Source of the DNA: Ktedonobacterales bacterium
GTDB taxonomy: Bacteria > Chloroflexota > Ktedonobacteria > Ktedonobacterales > JADMIN01
Length of the DNA: 40,831 nt
NCBI GenBank assembly: GCA_025936795.1
Contig: JAICSR010000001.1
Location: forward strand, 1 to 40,831
Reading direction: 5' to 3'
Below, in pieces: positions 25,238 through 33,989 of the stretch. Position numbers and translations under genes: made by a program. Position 1 is the first letter of the stretch. Each line of letters starts with the position of its first letter. The notes under the pieces are model-generated. The model worked only from the letters and a program-made list of their open reading frames with translations, had not been told where the DNA came from and made no database searches.

Positions 25238-28200
25238 TCAAATCGCCCCAGACACGCTGCGTTTCACCAGATCCGCGATGGTGCTGAGCAGGAACTCATC
25301 CTGATAGGGCTTGACGATGTACGCGTTTGCGCCAAGTTGCGTGGCGCGCTGCTGATGCTTGGCAGCTGCGCGCGAGGTCAGCACGATCAGCGGCAGATGG
25401 CGGTATTGCTGGTCGCTGCGCAGCGTCGCCATCAACTCGTAGCCATCCATGCGTGGCATCTCGATGTCGAGCAGCACCGCCGCCGGTCGCTCACGCGCGA
25501 TGACATCCAGCGCCTCTACGCCATCGCGTGCGGTCTGCGTCTCCCAGCCGTGCGCTTTCAACATGCCACTGACGACGCGGCGCACACTGGGGCTATCGTC
25601 CACCACCAGCAGATACGACTGCTTCGCGTTGGCTGGCGCGTCGTACAACTGGCCGCTATTGTTCGCGCTACGCTGCGCGACGACGAAATCTCGCTGGCCG
25701 AGGGTCGAAGCGGTTGATTGGCTCGGAGCCGAGGACGGCGCCTGCGATGGTGGCGCAGCCGATTGCCTGGCCCATGGCGGCCGCAGTCCCGCTCCCGGTT
25801 GCCCTGATTGCCCAGCAGGGGCGCTGGGCAGCGCCGCCGTTGGATAGGCGTCTGGCGGGCGCTCCTGTGCGCCCTGGCCAGCCGGGTAGGTCCACTGGTT
25901 TGCGGCGGGCGGCTGAGCGCTGGGCGCAGCATAGGGGAACGGCGGAGACGGTGGCGCCATCGGCGTCGCTGGCGCGCCGAATGGCGGCGCCATTGGCGCG
26001 GACGGCTGCGGCGACTCGAATGGCGACATGAATGGCGGCGCAGCAGGCGCGGCAGCGGCAGCGGGCGAGGGCGGCCTGCGCGTGGGCGATGACAGCGCGC
26101 CTGACGCAACGGACGCCGACGGTGGGTACACCGATGGCGCCGACGCCTGGCTGCGCTGGCCGGGAACTGGCAGCGTGAGCGTCTCCTGGATCGGACGCGC
26201 CAGCAACTCGAGCAGATCGAGAATGATGATGACCTGCCCATTGCCCAGCGAGGTTGCCCCCGCGACCCCACGCACATCGCGCAGGTGCGCGCCGAGCGGC
26301 TTCGCTACGACCTCCTGCTGGCTCACGATGCCATCCACTACCAGCGCATAGCGATGCTTCGCCGCATTGACGATCAGCAGCGACGAGCGCTCTTCGAGCG
26401 GCGCCGCTGGCGCATTGAGGTAGGTCGAGAGCCGCGCCAGCGTGTAGCGCTCGTTGCGCACCATCACCGCAGGCGTCGGCGAGCTAACCCGCTCGTAGTA
26501 GTCGAGCCGACCAATCTGGTCAACCACCGCCATCGGAATCGCATAGGTATGCGTCCCTGCCTTGACGAGCACGGCGCGCGCGATTTGCAGGCTGATGGGG
26601 AACTTCAGCGTGAAGACCGAGCCTGCGCCGACCGTCGAATCTACGTCCACCGACCCCTTGAGCCGCGCCGCCGCGTCGCGCACAACATCCAGCCCAACGC
26701 CGCGCCCGCTCTCCTCGGTCAGCGTCTCAGCCGTCGAGACGCCTGGCTGGAAGATCAGATTGAGCGCATCATGATCGCTGAGGTTGGCGTAGGCGTCAAT
26801 CCAGCCGCGCGCAATCGCCGTCTGCTGGACACGCTGGGGATCAATCCCCGCGCCATCGTCACGCACATCAATGACGACCTGATTGCCCTCATAGGCGGCG
26901 GCGACGATAATTTTGCCAGCGCGTGGCTTGCCCTTCGCCTGGCGGGCGTCGGGCCGCTCGATGCCATGGTTGACGGCATTGCGCACCAGATGCAGCAGCG
27001 GCCCTTCGACCTCCTCGATGACCTTGCGGTCCACCTCGGTGTCGCCACCCTCGACAAAGAACTCGACCTCTTTGCCCTCTTTGAGCGCCGAGGCGCGCGC
27101 GGCGCGATAGAGACGCGGGGCCAGCGAGCTGACCGGCACCAGCCGCGCCTTCAGCAGGCGGTCCTGCACCTCAGAGCTAAGACGCGCCTCACGCGCGAAC
27201 GAGACCTGAATCTCGCGAATGAGCGTTTCCATCTCGTTGTTGAGCGCGAGCACATCCGTAACCGCCTCGCTCAGAATACGCGAGAGCCGATGGAACTCGT
27301 TGTAGCGATCAAGCTCCAGCTCGTGGAAGTCTTGCAGATGCTCTGGCGCGCCATTCGCGCCGTTCGCGCCGTTCGCGCCGTTCGCACCATTCGCACCATT
27401 CGCGGCTGGGCGTTGTGGGGCGCTCCATGGGAAGCGGAAGCCCGCTGACGGATTCGTCGTCGGCGCCTGGATGCTGCTCTGGCCACTAGGCATCATGAAC
27501 ATCCCGAACTGAGCTTCGAGCTGGCTGCCCACATCACGCAGGCGCTCACTGGCCTGGGTCGAATCACTCACGAGTTGATAGATTCGCCCGATGCGCTCCT
27601 CGAAAATCGAGCGGTTCACCAGCAAATCGCCGAAGCGCGCGACCAGTTCGTCGAGCTTGCTCAGCTTGATGCGCACGCTCAGGTCTTCCTGGCTGCGCGC
27701 GGTCGCAGAGTCGTCGGCGTCGGCGCCGAGATCAATCGCGACGCTCTCAGCCGTCGCCTCCTCTTCGCCCAGGTCGAGCAGGTTGACCATCGGGGGCGTT
27801 CCGGTGAGCGAAGCGTAGCGGTTAATCAGCGCTTGCGCCGTCTCGCGCTGCTGCTGGCCCGACATCGAGCCGGTGATGAGATGGTCGAGCGTCTCAGCGG
27901 TATCGAAGACCAGGCTCAACTCGCCCGGCGAGAGCGCGCGCCCGTGGTCGGCAAGCTGATCGAGCAAATCTTCCGAGGCGTGCGCAAGGCTCTGCACCGC
28001 CACGAAGCCCATCATGCCAGCGGCGCCCTTGAGTGTGTGCATCGCCCGGCGCACCGTCTGGATGGCGTTCACATCGCCCGGCGCTCGCTCCAGATCGGCG
28101 ATGCCGCCTGTAATGGTTTGCAGATGCTCCTGCGCCTCCTCGCGGAAGACCTCCAGCATCTCTGGCGACTGTTCATTGGTCACCTGCACCTGACGCGCCG

Positions 28201-29890
28201 AGCGCGATTGTGGCCGCACCTCTACGCCGCCGCCGGTCACACTCACCGAGCTATCGCCCATGCCCGGCCCCAGCGCCGAAAACATCATCTGGCGGCGAAT
28301 CTGGACTTCCAGTTCCTGCCGGATACGTTGCTCTTCTTCGCGGCGAACGTCCGCCGCGATTTCCTGGCGTACCTCGTCTTCGAGCGAGCGGCGCAGGTCT
28401 TCGCGCACGCTGCGCTCCAACTCAGCGCGCTGGCCGGGTCCGAGCGCCTCCACGGCGGGCATGCTGGCGCTTGGCGACGAGGGCGACCAGCGCACCTGCG
28501 CCACCGTCGCGCTATAGCCGCCATCCGCGGTGGGGCCAGCTACGCCGAATGAGGCGGACATGCTGCTCAGCATGTCGAGCGTCGCCCGGAACTGCCCCAA
28601 CGTCTCATCAATCTGCTCTTGCGAAAGCGTGAGATTGCGCCCGGACGAATTGAGCAAGGTGATCAGTTTTTTGAGGCGGGTCGTCGTCACCCAGATGACC
28701 GAGAGCGGCAGATATTCGCGCACGTTTTCGGGGCTGCGGAGCAGGTCCAGCCCCATCTGCTGCCCCACCCATTCTTCGAGCCGCTGCAGCGCATCGTTCG
28801 AGCCATCGAGGAAACTCTGTAGCTCGGTGCGCTCGTTGTCCATCGCCTGGGCTGCGTCGCGCAGCATCCCAACGGTACTGCGTAGCGCCATCACCTGGCG
28901 TCGCACATCCTCTTCATCCGCGCGCAACTCGTCGAGCGCCGCTGTCGGGCCAGTTGGCGCGGGCCGACCCATCTGCTGGGCCAGTTGTGGCGGCTGCGTG
29001 GACATCGAGGACGCCCAGTCGGACGCCGCAGCCGCTCCATCAGCAGGCGCGGAAGGGTACTGCGCGTTGGCTTGCGACTGCGCCCAGGGGTCAGGAGGGA
29101 AATTAGGCGCCGAGACGCCACCCAGATTCCCCATATTTCCTGCGCGCTGCGGCGCGCCCGCCGAGGACTGCCCAAATGGCGGCTGCTGCGGTGGTGGAAC
29201 CGCCGGGGTGAATCCTGTGGGCATATTCGAGAGCGAGGCCGCCCAGGGATCGGCAGGCGGCGCGGCGTAGCCATTTGCGCCAGGGGCCAGCGCATCTGAG
29301 TCAGAGCGTGGCGGGGTTGCTGGGGCCTGCCCTGCGCCACCTGCCCCAGCGCCCGGACCGAAGGCCGCCAGCCAGTCGGGCAATGGCTCGCGTGGCGCAG
29401 CCGACTCTGGCTGTGCAGGGGCGCCCAAATCCCACGGCGCCGCAGGAGCGAGCGGAGTGGATGACCCAGAGGGCGAGTGCGCCGCGCCTGCTCCTGCGCT
29501 CGCTCCACGGAAGGCGTTGTGGTCTTGCTGATCTTCGGCGACAAGCTGGGTGTCGCTGCCGCCACTGCGGATCAACTGCGCGACGCGCGCCAGCCGACCA
29601 CATGAACGACGCAATAGGGCGATGGTCGCCTGATCGAGCGTCGCGCGGCGCTCCAGCGCATCGTCGAGAATCGTCTCCATGCCTTGTGCGATCTGCGCCA
29701 GGCCGTTGAACTCCATCATGGCGGCAGAACCATAAATGGTATGGGTGCGGCGATAGGCTTCCTCGATGGCGGTCTCGTCGTCGGGTACCTGCTGAAGCTG
29801 ATCGAGATGCGCCTCGATCTCAGGGATATAGGCGTCTACCTCGTCAAGAAAACTTCCGAGAATCGCCGACTTGTCGAAATTATCTGCCAT
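25238..29890 (-). CDS. cheA: CheA-type histidine kinase / receiver hybrid (ChpA/PilL/FrzE-like): Hpt - linker - Hpt - dimerisation - HATPase - CheW - linker - REC
   Basis: Hpt1 is RRTHTIYGSAAM (His codon 29741-29743). Hpt2 is RRAMHTLKGAAGMMG (His codon 28037-28039). ELDRYNEFHRL marks the dimerisation region. The N-box is HLVRNAVNHGIE, G1 is DDGAGID and G2 is GRGVGLDVV. The CheW-like segment is YAIPMAVVDQIGRL...IIILDLLELL. The REC domain is LLVVDDSPSVRR...LLDIEMPRMDG (Asp codon 25466-25468)...IVKPY. Confidence 0.9.
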   Translation of the reverse strand: MADNFDKSAILGSFLDEVDAYIPEIEAHLDQLQQVPDDETAIEEAYRRTHTIYGSAAMMEFNGLAQIAQGMETILDDALERRATLDQATIALLRRSCGRLARVAQLIRSGGSDTQLVAEDQQDHNAFRGASAGAGAAHSPSGSSTPLAPAAPWDLGAPAQPESAAPREPLPDWLAAFGPGAGAGGAGQAPATPPRSDSDALAPGANGYAAPPADPWAASLSNMPTGFTPAVPPPQQPPFGQSSAGAPQRAGNMGNLGGVSAPNFPPDPWAQSQANAQYPSAPADGAAAASDWASSMSTQPPQLAQQMGRPAPTGPTAALDELRADEEDVRRQVMALRSTVGMLRDAAQAMDNERTELQSFLDGSNDALQRLEEWVGQQMGLDLLRSPENVREYLPLSVIWVTTTRLKKLITLLNSSGRNLTLSQEQIDETLGQFRATLDMLSSMSASFGVAGPTADGGYSATVAQVRWSPSSPSASMPAVEALGPGQRAELERSVREDLRRSLEDEVRQEIAADVRREEEQRIRQELEVQIRRQMMFSALGPGMGDSSVSVTGGGVEVRPQSRSARQVQVTNEQSPEMLEVFREEAQEHLQTITGGIADLERAPGDVNAIQTVRRAMHTLKGAAGMMGFVAVQSLAHASEDLLDQLADHGRALSPGELSLVFDTAETLDHLITGSMSGQQQRETAQALINRYASLTGTPPMVNLLDLGEEEATAESVAIDLGADADDSATARSQEDLSVRIKLSKLDELVARFGDLLVNRSIFEERIGRIYQLVSDSTQASERLRDVGSQLEAQFGMFMMPSGQSSIQAPTTNPSAGFRFPWSAPQRPAANGANGANGANGANGANGAPEHLQDFHELELDRYNEFHRLSRILSEAVTDVLALNNEMETLIREIQVSFAREARLSSEVQDRLLKARLVPVSSLAPRLYRAARASALKEGKEVEFFVEGGDTEVDRKVIEEVEGPLLHLVRNAVNHGIERPDARQAKGKPRAGKIIVAAAYEGNQVVIDVRDDGAGIDPQRVQQTAIARGWIDAYANLSDHDALNLIFQPGVSTAETLTEESGRGVGLDVVRDAAARLKGSVDVDSTVGAGSVFTLKFPISLQIARAVLVKAGTHTYAIPMAVVDQIGRLDYYERVSSPTPAVMVRNERYTLARLSTYLNAPAAPLEERSSLLIVNAAKHRYALVVDGIVSQQEVVAKPLGAHLRDVRGVAGATSLGNGQVIIILDLLELLARPIQETLTLPVPGQRSQASAPSVYPPSASVASGALSSPTRRPPSPAAAAAPAAPPFMSPFESPQPSAPMAPPFGAPATPMAPPSPPFPYAAPSAQPPAANQWTYPAGQGAQERPPDAYPTAALPSAPAGQSGQPGAGLRPPWARQSAAPPSQAPSSAPSQSTASTLGQRDFVVAQRSANNSGQLYDAPANAKQSYLLVVDDSPSVRRVVSGMLKAHGWETQTARDGVEALDVIARERPAAVLLDIEMPRMDGYELMATLRSDQQYRHLPLIVLTSRAAAKHQQRATQLGANAYIVKPYQDEFLLSTIADLVKRSVSGAI
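27350..27403. repeat. 9-nt in-frame tandem repeat, 6 units, encoding (Ala-Asn-Gly)n inside cheA
   Basis: gccattcgc gccgttcgc gccgttcgc gccgttcgc accattcgc accattcgc, read directly from the sequence. Confidence 0.9.
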
Positions 29891-29979
29891 GATCTCCGCA
29901 CCCGTCTGCTGGACTCCAACGCTTGCACAGGCAGCGCGCTCGCCTCACGTGGCCGAGACGAGCGCGCCACAATCACTCG

Positions 29980-31890
29980 CTACCCGCGATCGGGTGGAAA
30001 TGGCAAGTTCCCTAATGGATTGGAAGGATACTGCTCGCTGGAGTAGCCATTCTGGCCGTTTTGCCCATTCTGACCATTCTGGCCGTTCTGACCATAGCCA
30101 TTCAGGTCGTAGCCGTTCGGCGCATACCCGTTCTGGTCGTACCCATTCTGGCCATATCCGTTCTGCGCATAGCCATTCTGGTCGTAGCCGCCTGCTGGGT
30201 AGCCTCCGTTCTCGGTCTGCGGCGCCTCGCTCCAGGTCGCATCGTACGCTCCGATGTCGAACGCATTGCGCGGCTCGGTGTACGAGGATGAGATCGGGCC
30301 GGCTGGCAACGCGGGAAAGGCGTCGGGGCCAGGGAACCAGTTGGCCTGCCCCTGCTGCCCCATCGGAGCCATTGCCCCCATTGCCCCCATCGCCCCCATC
30401 GGCGGCTGCGCATACGACGGCGCAAACGGCGGCTCGATGCCCTGTGGCATCCCAGCCATCTCCACCTGCTGATCGGGCAGACGGAACGCCGCCACTGACG
30501 CGCGCAACTGCTCGGCCAGCTCCGCCAGATAGCTGACCGAGGTCATCGTATCTTGCGTGGTGGCGTTCGTCTGCCGCGTCACATCGGCGATCTGCCCCAT
30601 CGCCACCGCCACCGTCTCGGCGACCTGTCGGCGCTCGTTCGCGCCGTGCGCGATGTCGTTGATCATCTGCGCCTGGCGATCCACAGCGCCGTAGATGCGT
30701 TGCAGCGCACGGCCAGCCTCGTCGGCGAGCCGTGAGCCTTCGATCACTTCCTGCGTGCTGTCTTCCATCGCGACAACCGCTTCATAGGTGTCGCCCTGAA
30801 TGGTTTTCACAATCGCGCTGACACGCTTGGTCGCTTCCGCCACACGCTCGGCCAGAATACGAATCTCATCGGCGACGACGTGGAAGCCGCGGCCATGTTC
30901 ACCCGCCATCGCCGACTGAATGGCGGCGTTCAACGCCAGCAAGTTCGTCTGCTCGGCGATGTCCTCGATCAGACGCACGATCTCGCCGACCTCCTGCGAG
31001 CGCTCGCCGAGCCGCTTGATCTTCTTCGAGGTCTCCTGCACGTTTTCGCGGATGTGCGCCATACCTTCAGTCGTCTTGACCACCGATACCTGGCCATCGC
31101 GCGAGCTTTGCAGCGCCTCGCTGGCGGCTGAGGCGGCTTGCAGCGCATTCGTCGCGGAGAGCTGCACGAAGTCGGCAAGCTGTGTCACACGTTCGGACAC
31201 CAGCGAGATCTGGCGCGCCTGCGCCTCAGATGACTGAGATACCTCAGCTGATCGATCGAGCAGGCGGCGCGTCGCGGTGGACACCTGATTGGTCGTCGCC
31301 TGCACCCGCCCGACGACCTTCGCCAGCTCTTCGATCATGAAGTTGAATGAGTCCGCAAGCACGCCCAGGGTATCTGGCGTCACCTCGGCCTGCACACGCA
31401 AATCGCCGTCGCTGACGGCGCTGACTTCGGTGAGGAGCTTCTCGATCTGCGCCTGGAGGACAACCGCATCTGGCGCCTCAATCGCAGCGGCGGCGGCTGA
31501 CTTCGCGCTCGCCGCCATGCCGCTAGCGCCTGCCACCAACCGGTTGACCGAATTGGCCAGCGTGGCATAGTCGTCATCACCAACGGCGACCGCGCGCGCA
31601 GTGCGATTGCCGCTGATGGCCTGGCGGCACACGTCATTCAGCGACACCGCGTAGTCGCGCGTAACTGCTCGAATGCGCGTGATCGCCACAATCACCGCCA
31701 TCAGACTGAGCGCGGCGGCGGCCAGCGTGACTGTCCACATCAACGTCTGCTGGTCGACCCCACCAAACGGCTGATAGATGGCAAACCAGCCAACAAATGC
31801 GGTCGCCACCACAGGAACCACGCACGCCAGCGCGGTCAGGAGATTAAATTGAGCGCTCATGCTCGTACCTGAGCGCGAAGAAGCTTCCAT
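29980..31890 (-). CDS. methyl-accepting chemotaxis protein: membrane hairpin, two HAMP-like segments, MA domain, and a low-complexity Q/N/G/Y tail
   Basis: The signalling-hairpin core is IAEQTNLLALNAAIQSAMAGEHGRGFHVVADEIRILAERV. A HAMP-like segment is GDLRVQAEVTPDTLGVLADSFNFMIEEL. Two TM segments are separated by about 10 residues. The start is taken at ATG 31890, with GAGGAGG 11 nt upstream. Confidence 0.9.
   Translation of the reverse strand: MEASSRSGTSMSAQFNLLTALACVVPVVATAFVGWFAIYQPFGGVDQQTLMWTVTLAAAALSLMAVIVAITRIRAVTRDYAVSLNDVCRQAISGNRTARAVAVGDDDYATLANSVNRLVAGASGMAASAKSAAAAAIEAPDAVVLQAQIEKLLTEVSAVSDGDLRVQAEVTPDTLGVLADSFNFMIEELAKVVGRVQATTNQVSTATRRLLDRSAEVSQSSEAQARQISLVSERVTQLADFVQLSATNALQAASAASEALQSSRDGQVSVVKTTEGMAHIRENVQETSKKIKRLGERSQEVGEIVRLIEDIAEQTNLLALNAAIQSAMAGEHGRGFHVVADEIRILAERVAEATKRVSAIVKTIQGDTYEAVVAMEDSTQEVIEGSRLADEAGRALQRIYGAVDRQAQMINDIAHGANERRQVAETVAVAMGQIADVTRQTNATTQDTMTSVSYLAELAEQLRASVAAFRLPDQQVEMAGMPQGIEPPFAPSYAQPPMGAMGAMGAMAPMGQQGQANWFPGPDAFPALPAGPISSSYTEPRNAFDIGAYDATWSEAPQTENGGYPAGGYDQNGYAQNGYGQNGYDQNGYAPNGYDLNGYGQNGQNGQNGQNGQNGYSSEQYPSNPLGNLPFPPDRG
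30046..30195. repeat. composite in-frame tandem array: 9-nt units (x5-6, Gln-Asn-Gly) followed by 15-nt units (x7, x-Asn-Gly-Tyr-x) in the MCP tail
   Basis: 9-nt units span 30046-30099 (gccattctg/gccgttttg/cccattctg/accattctg/gccgttctg/accatagcc). 15-nt units span 30091-30195. The protein reads GGYDQNGYAQNGYGQNGYDQNGYAPNGYDLNGYGQNGQNGQNGQNGQNGY. Confidence 0.9.
30361..30405. repeat. 9-nt in-frame tandem repeat (about 5 units) encoding (Met-Gly-Ala)n in the MCP tail
   Basis: catcggagc cattgcccc cattgcccc catcgcccc catcggcgg. The protein reads PPMGAMGAMGAMAPMG. Confidence 0.85.
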
Positions 31891-32150
31891 AGACGCGGTG
31901 GCCTCCTCGGTATCTCTGGTCTCTGGCCAGGCTCGCCGCGAGACACATAACAGCGAACAGCAGGCGTAGGTGTCGCCGTGTCGCACGGAACATCTGGCGC
32001 GTCTACGCGCGCAGCGAGAGATGATGGCCTTAGTGTATGCTATTGTACCCGATCTCGCATACCACCTTATGACCAACGGCGCGATTCGCTTGCTATCTAA
32101 GCCATGACGCGAGCGCGAGCGCCCGAGAGACGCGCCAGATGCAGTCGCGC

Positions 32151-32843
32151 TCAGTCTGCTCGGTAGCGATTCATCCGGTCACTGAAGAGCAACCGTGCGG
32201 GATCGAGCGCAAAGACCAGACGCCCATCCACCTGCGCCACGCCTTCGAGAAATGGCTGTACCCAGTCCGGCGCATTGGTCGCCAGGCTTTCGTGGCGAAT
32301 CGCGTCACCCATCGTGCGAATCTCAGTGACGACATCCACGACCAGGCCAATCATCATGTCGCGCGCGACCACTGCGAGCAGGCGGCTGCGCGGCGTGACG
32401 CCGATGCTGGGCAGCCCGACGAAACTGCGCAGGTCTACCACCGAGATGATCGATCCCCACATCTGCGTGACACCTAACACCCACGGAGCCACATTTGGCA
32501 CGGGCGTGACATCGAACGCACGCTCCACACCTTGCACCGCTTCGGATGGCAGCGCGCACTCGACATCGCCCAGCAGAAAGAGGATGTGCTGCGCGGCGAC
32601 CACCGCAGGGTTCGCGCTCGCCGGGCTGAGCATCATCATGCGCTGGAGGGTCGCGATTTGCTCCGGGTCGGTCGCGCCAAGGTTGCGCGCAAGCTGCTCG
32701 ACCGATTCCGCAGTCAGCGCGCCGCCGGGGAGTTGCCCCTGATTGATGGCGGCGAGCGCCTGACGCATGAGATCGGAAACCTGGGAACGCTCGCTGGGGT
32801 TCGCGGCGTTCTGCGGCGGAAACGCGCCTCGTGGATCGTTCAT
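32151..32843 (-). CDS. cheW: CheW-like coupling protein (PilI-like) with an N-terminal extension of about 85 aa
   Basis: CheW domain: ILFLLGDVECALPSEAVQGVERAFDVTPVPNVAPWVLGVTQMWGSIISVVDLRSFVGL...RLLAVV...IGLVVD. AGGAGGA precedes the ATG. Confidence 0.85.
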   Translation of the reverse strand: MNDPRGAFPPQNAANPSERSQVSDLMRQALAAINQGQLPGGALTAESVEQLARNLGATDPEQIATLQRMMMLSPASANPAVVAAQHILFLLGDVECALPSEAVQGVERAFDVTPVPNVAPWVLGVTQMWGSIISVVDLRSFVGLPSIGVTPRSRLLAVVARDMMIGLVVDVVTEIRTMGDAIRHESLATNAPDWVQPFLEGVAQVDGRLVFALDPARLLFSDRMNRYRAD

Positions 32844-32976
32844 GCGTCCTCCTGTGAACGTAGCATGCTAGCGTCGCAGACATGCAAGCGCAGCGCAGCG
32901 GCGCCCATGCGTTTGAGGCGGGCGCACATGCGCACGCAACGCCCAACGTCAGATGGCGACGCTACACCAGGCGGCC

Positions 32977-33354
32977 CTAGATGCCGATGCCGATGAGCGC
33001 ACGCACGCCCATCAACAGCTCTTCTTTGTCGAAGGGCTTGGTGATATAGAGATCGGCGCCCTGCTGCAAGCCCCACTTCTTGTCCAGCGGAGTGTTCTTG
33101 CCGCTGACCAGAATGACGGGAATATGGCGGCTCGCCTCACTCTGCTTCAGCTTGCGGCAGACCTGAAAACCGTTCTGCTTTGGCAACACGACATCGAGCA
33201 CGACGCACTGTGGCCGCTCGGTGCCGACCATCTCCAGCGCTTCATCGCCATCCGCCGCCGTCACGACCTCGAATCCGCTCTCGCGCAGCGGCGTAGCGAT
33301 GAGGGTGAGATCAGTCCAACTATCATCTACGACGAGAACCTTGGGCGCGGGCAT
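32977..33354 (-). CDS. single-domain CheY-like response regulator (PilH-like position)
   Basis: VLVVDDS, the phospho-acceptor context VVLDVVLPKQNGF, VILVSGK and ITKPF. The start is taken at ATG 33354, with AAGGGGAG 8 nt upstream. Confidence 0.85.
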   Translation of the reverse strand: MPAPKVLVVDDSWTDLTLIATPLRESGFEVVTAADGDEALEMVGTERPQCVVLDVVLPKQNGFQVCRKLKQSEASRHIPVILVSGKNTPLDKKWGLQQGADLYITKPFDKEELLMGVRALIGIGI

Positions 33355-33542
33355 GATAATTACTCCCCTTACACATGCCTGCCTGAGGTGGCCACCCACC
33401 AATTCCATGTGCGGCAGACAGTGATTTGCTGTTCTGTTGGTATCAACGTATGACGCTTCATCAGGCGCACTTTGCGCCGAAATGCGCCACACGGGCTAGC
33501 CGAATCGCATGCCCAGCGACGTCAGTTGCTCGTCATACGCAA

Positions 33543-33989
33543 CTACTGCTGATAGACCCGTCGCTGAAAACGCATGTTCCGCTGGCTCTCGCGTCGGGCT
33601 GCGCGCGCATAGGCGTTGGGGGTATCCAGGTAGCGCCGAACCGTTTGCACCAACTCGGTCGAGTCAAACGGTTTGGTCATGTACTCAGTTGAACCGGCCA
33701 GCTTGCCGCGCATCTTGTCGAATATCCCATCCTTACCGCTCAACATAATGATGGGCAGATCCCGATACTCCTGGTTGTTGCGTATCAGATGGCAGATGCT
33801 GTATCCATCCATGTGCGGCAGCATGATGTCGAGCAGAATGAGGTCAGGCTGCGAGTCGGCGACGGCAGTGAGCGCGGTGAGGCCATCCCCTGCTGTGTAG
33901 ACTTGAATGTTCTCACGTTGCAGCGTCAACTGCACGATTTTCCGCACTGTGGGGCTATCATCCACCACAAGCACTACAGGCTGCGCCAC
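33543..33989 (-). CDS. single-domain CheY-like response regulator (PilG-like position)
   Basis: VLVVDDSPTVRK, LILLDIMLPHMDGY, IIMLSGK and MTKPF. The GTG start at 33989 is preceded by AGGAGGG with an 8-nt spacer. Confidence 0.85.
   Translation of the reverse strand: MAQPVVLVVDDSPTVRKIVQLTLQRENIQVYTAGDGLTALTAVADSQPDLILLDIMLPHMDGYSICHLIRNNQEYRDLPIIMLSGKDGIFDKMRGKLAGSTEYMTKPFDSTELVQTVRRYLDTPNAYARAARRESQRNMRFQRRVYQQ

Noticed and set aside
26285-28552. 387-aa and 325-aa plus-strand ORFs (26285-27448, 27575-28552)
   Set aside because: They are antisense to cheA, whose domain motifs are unambiguous. Both are Arg-rich and low in information, and they even read the (ANG)n repeat as (AVR/TIR)n.
31891-32076. 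62-codon N-terminal extension of the MCP ORF
   Set aside because: The extension is Cys/Arg-rich and unlike MCP N-termini. A strong RBS (GAGGAGG) precedes the ATG at 31890, which leads directly into the first TM segment.
32862-32869. 8-nt palindrome AGCATGCT in two chemosensory spacers (32862-32869 and 34150-34157) as a shared operator
   Set aside because: Two occurrences of an 8-mer palindrome in 40 kb is close to chance expectation. There is no shared flanking context.
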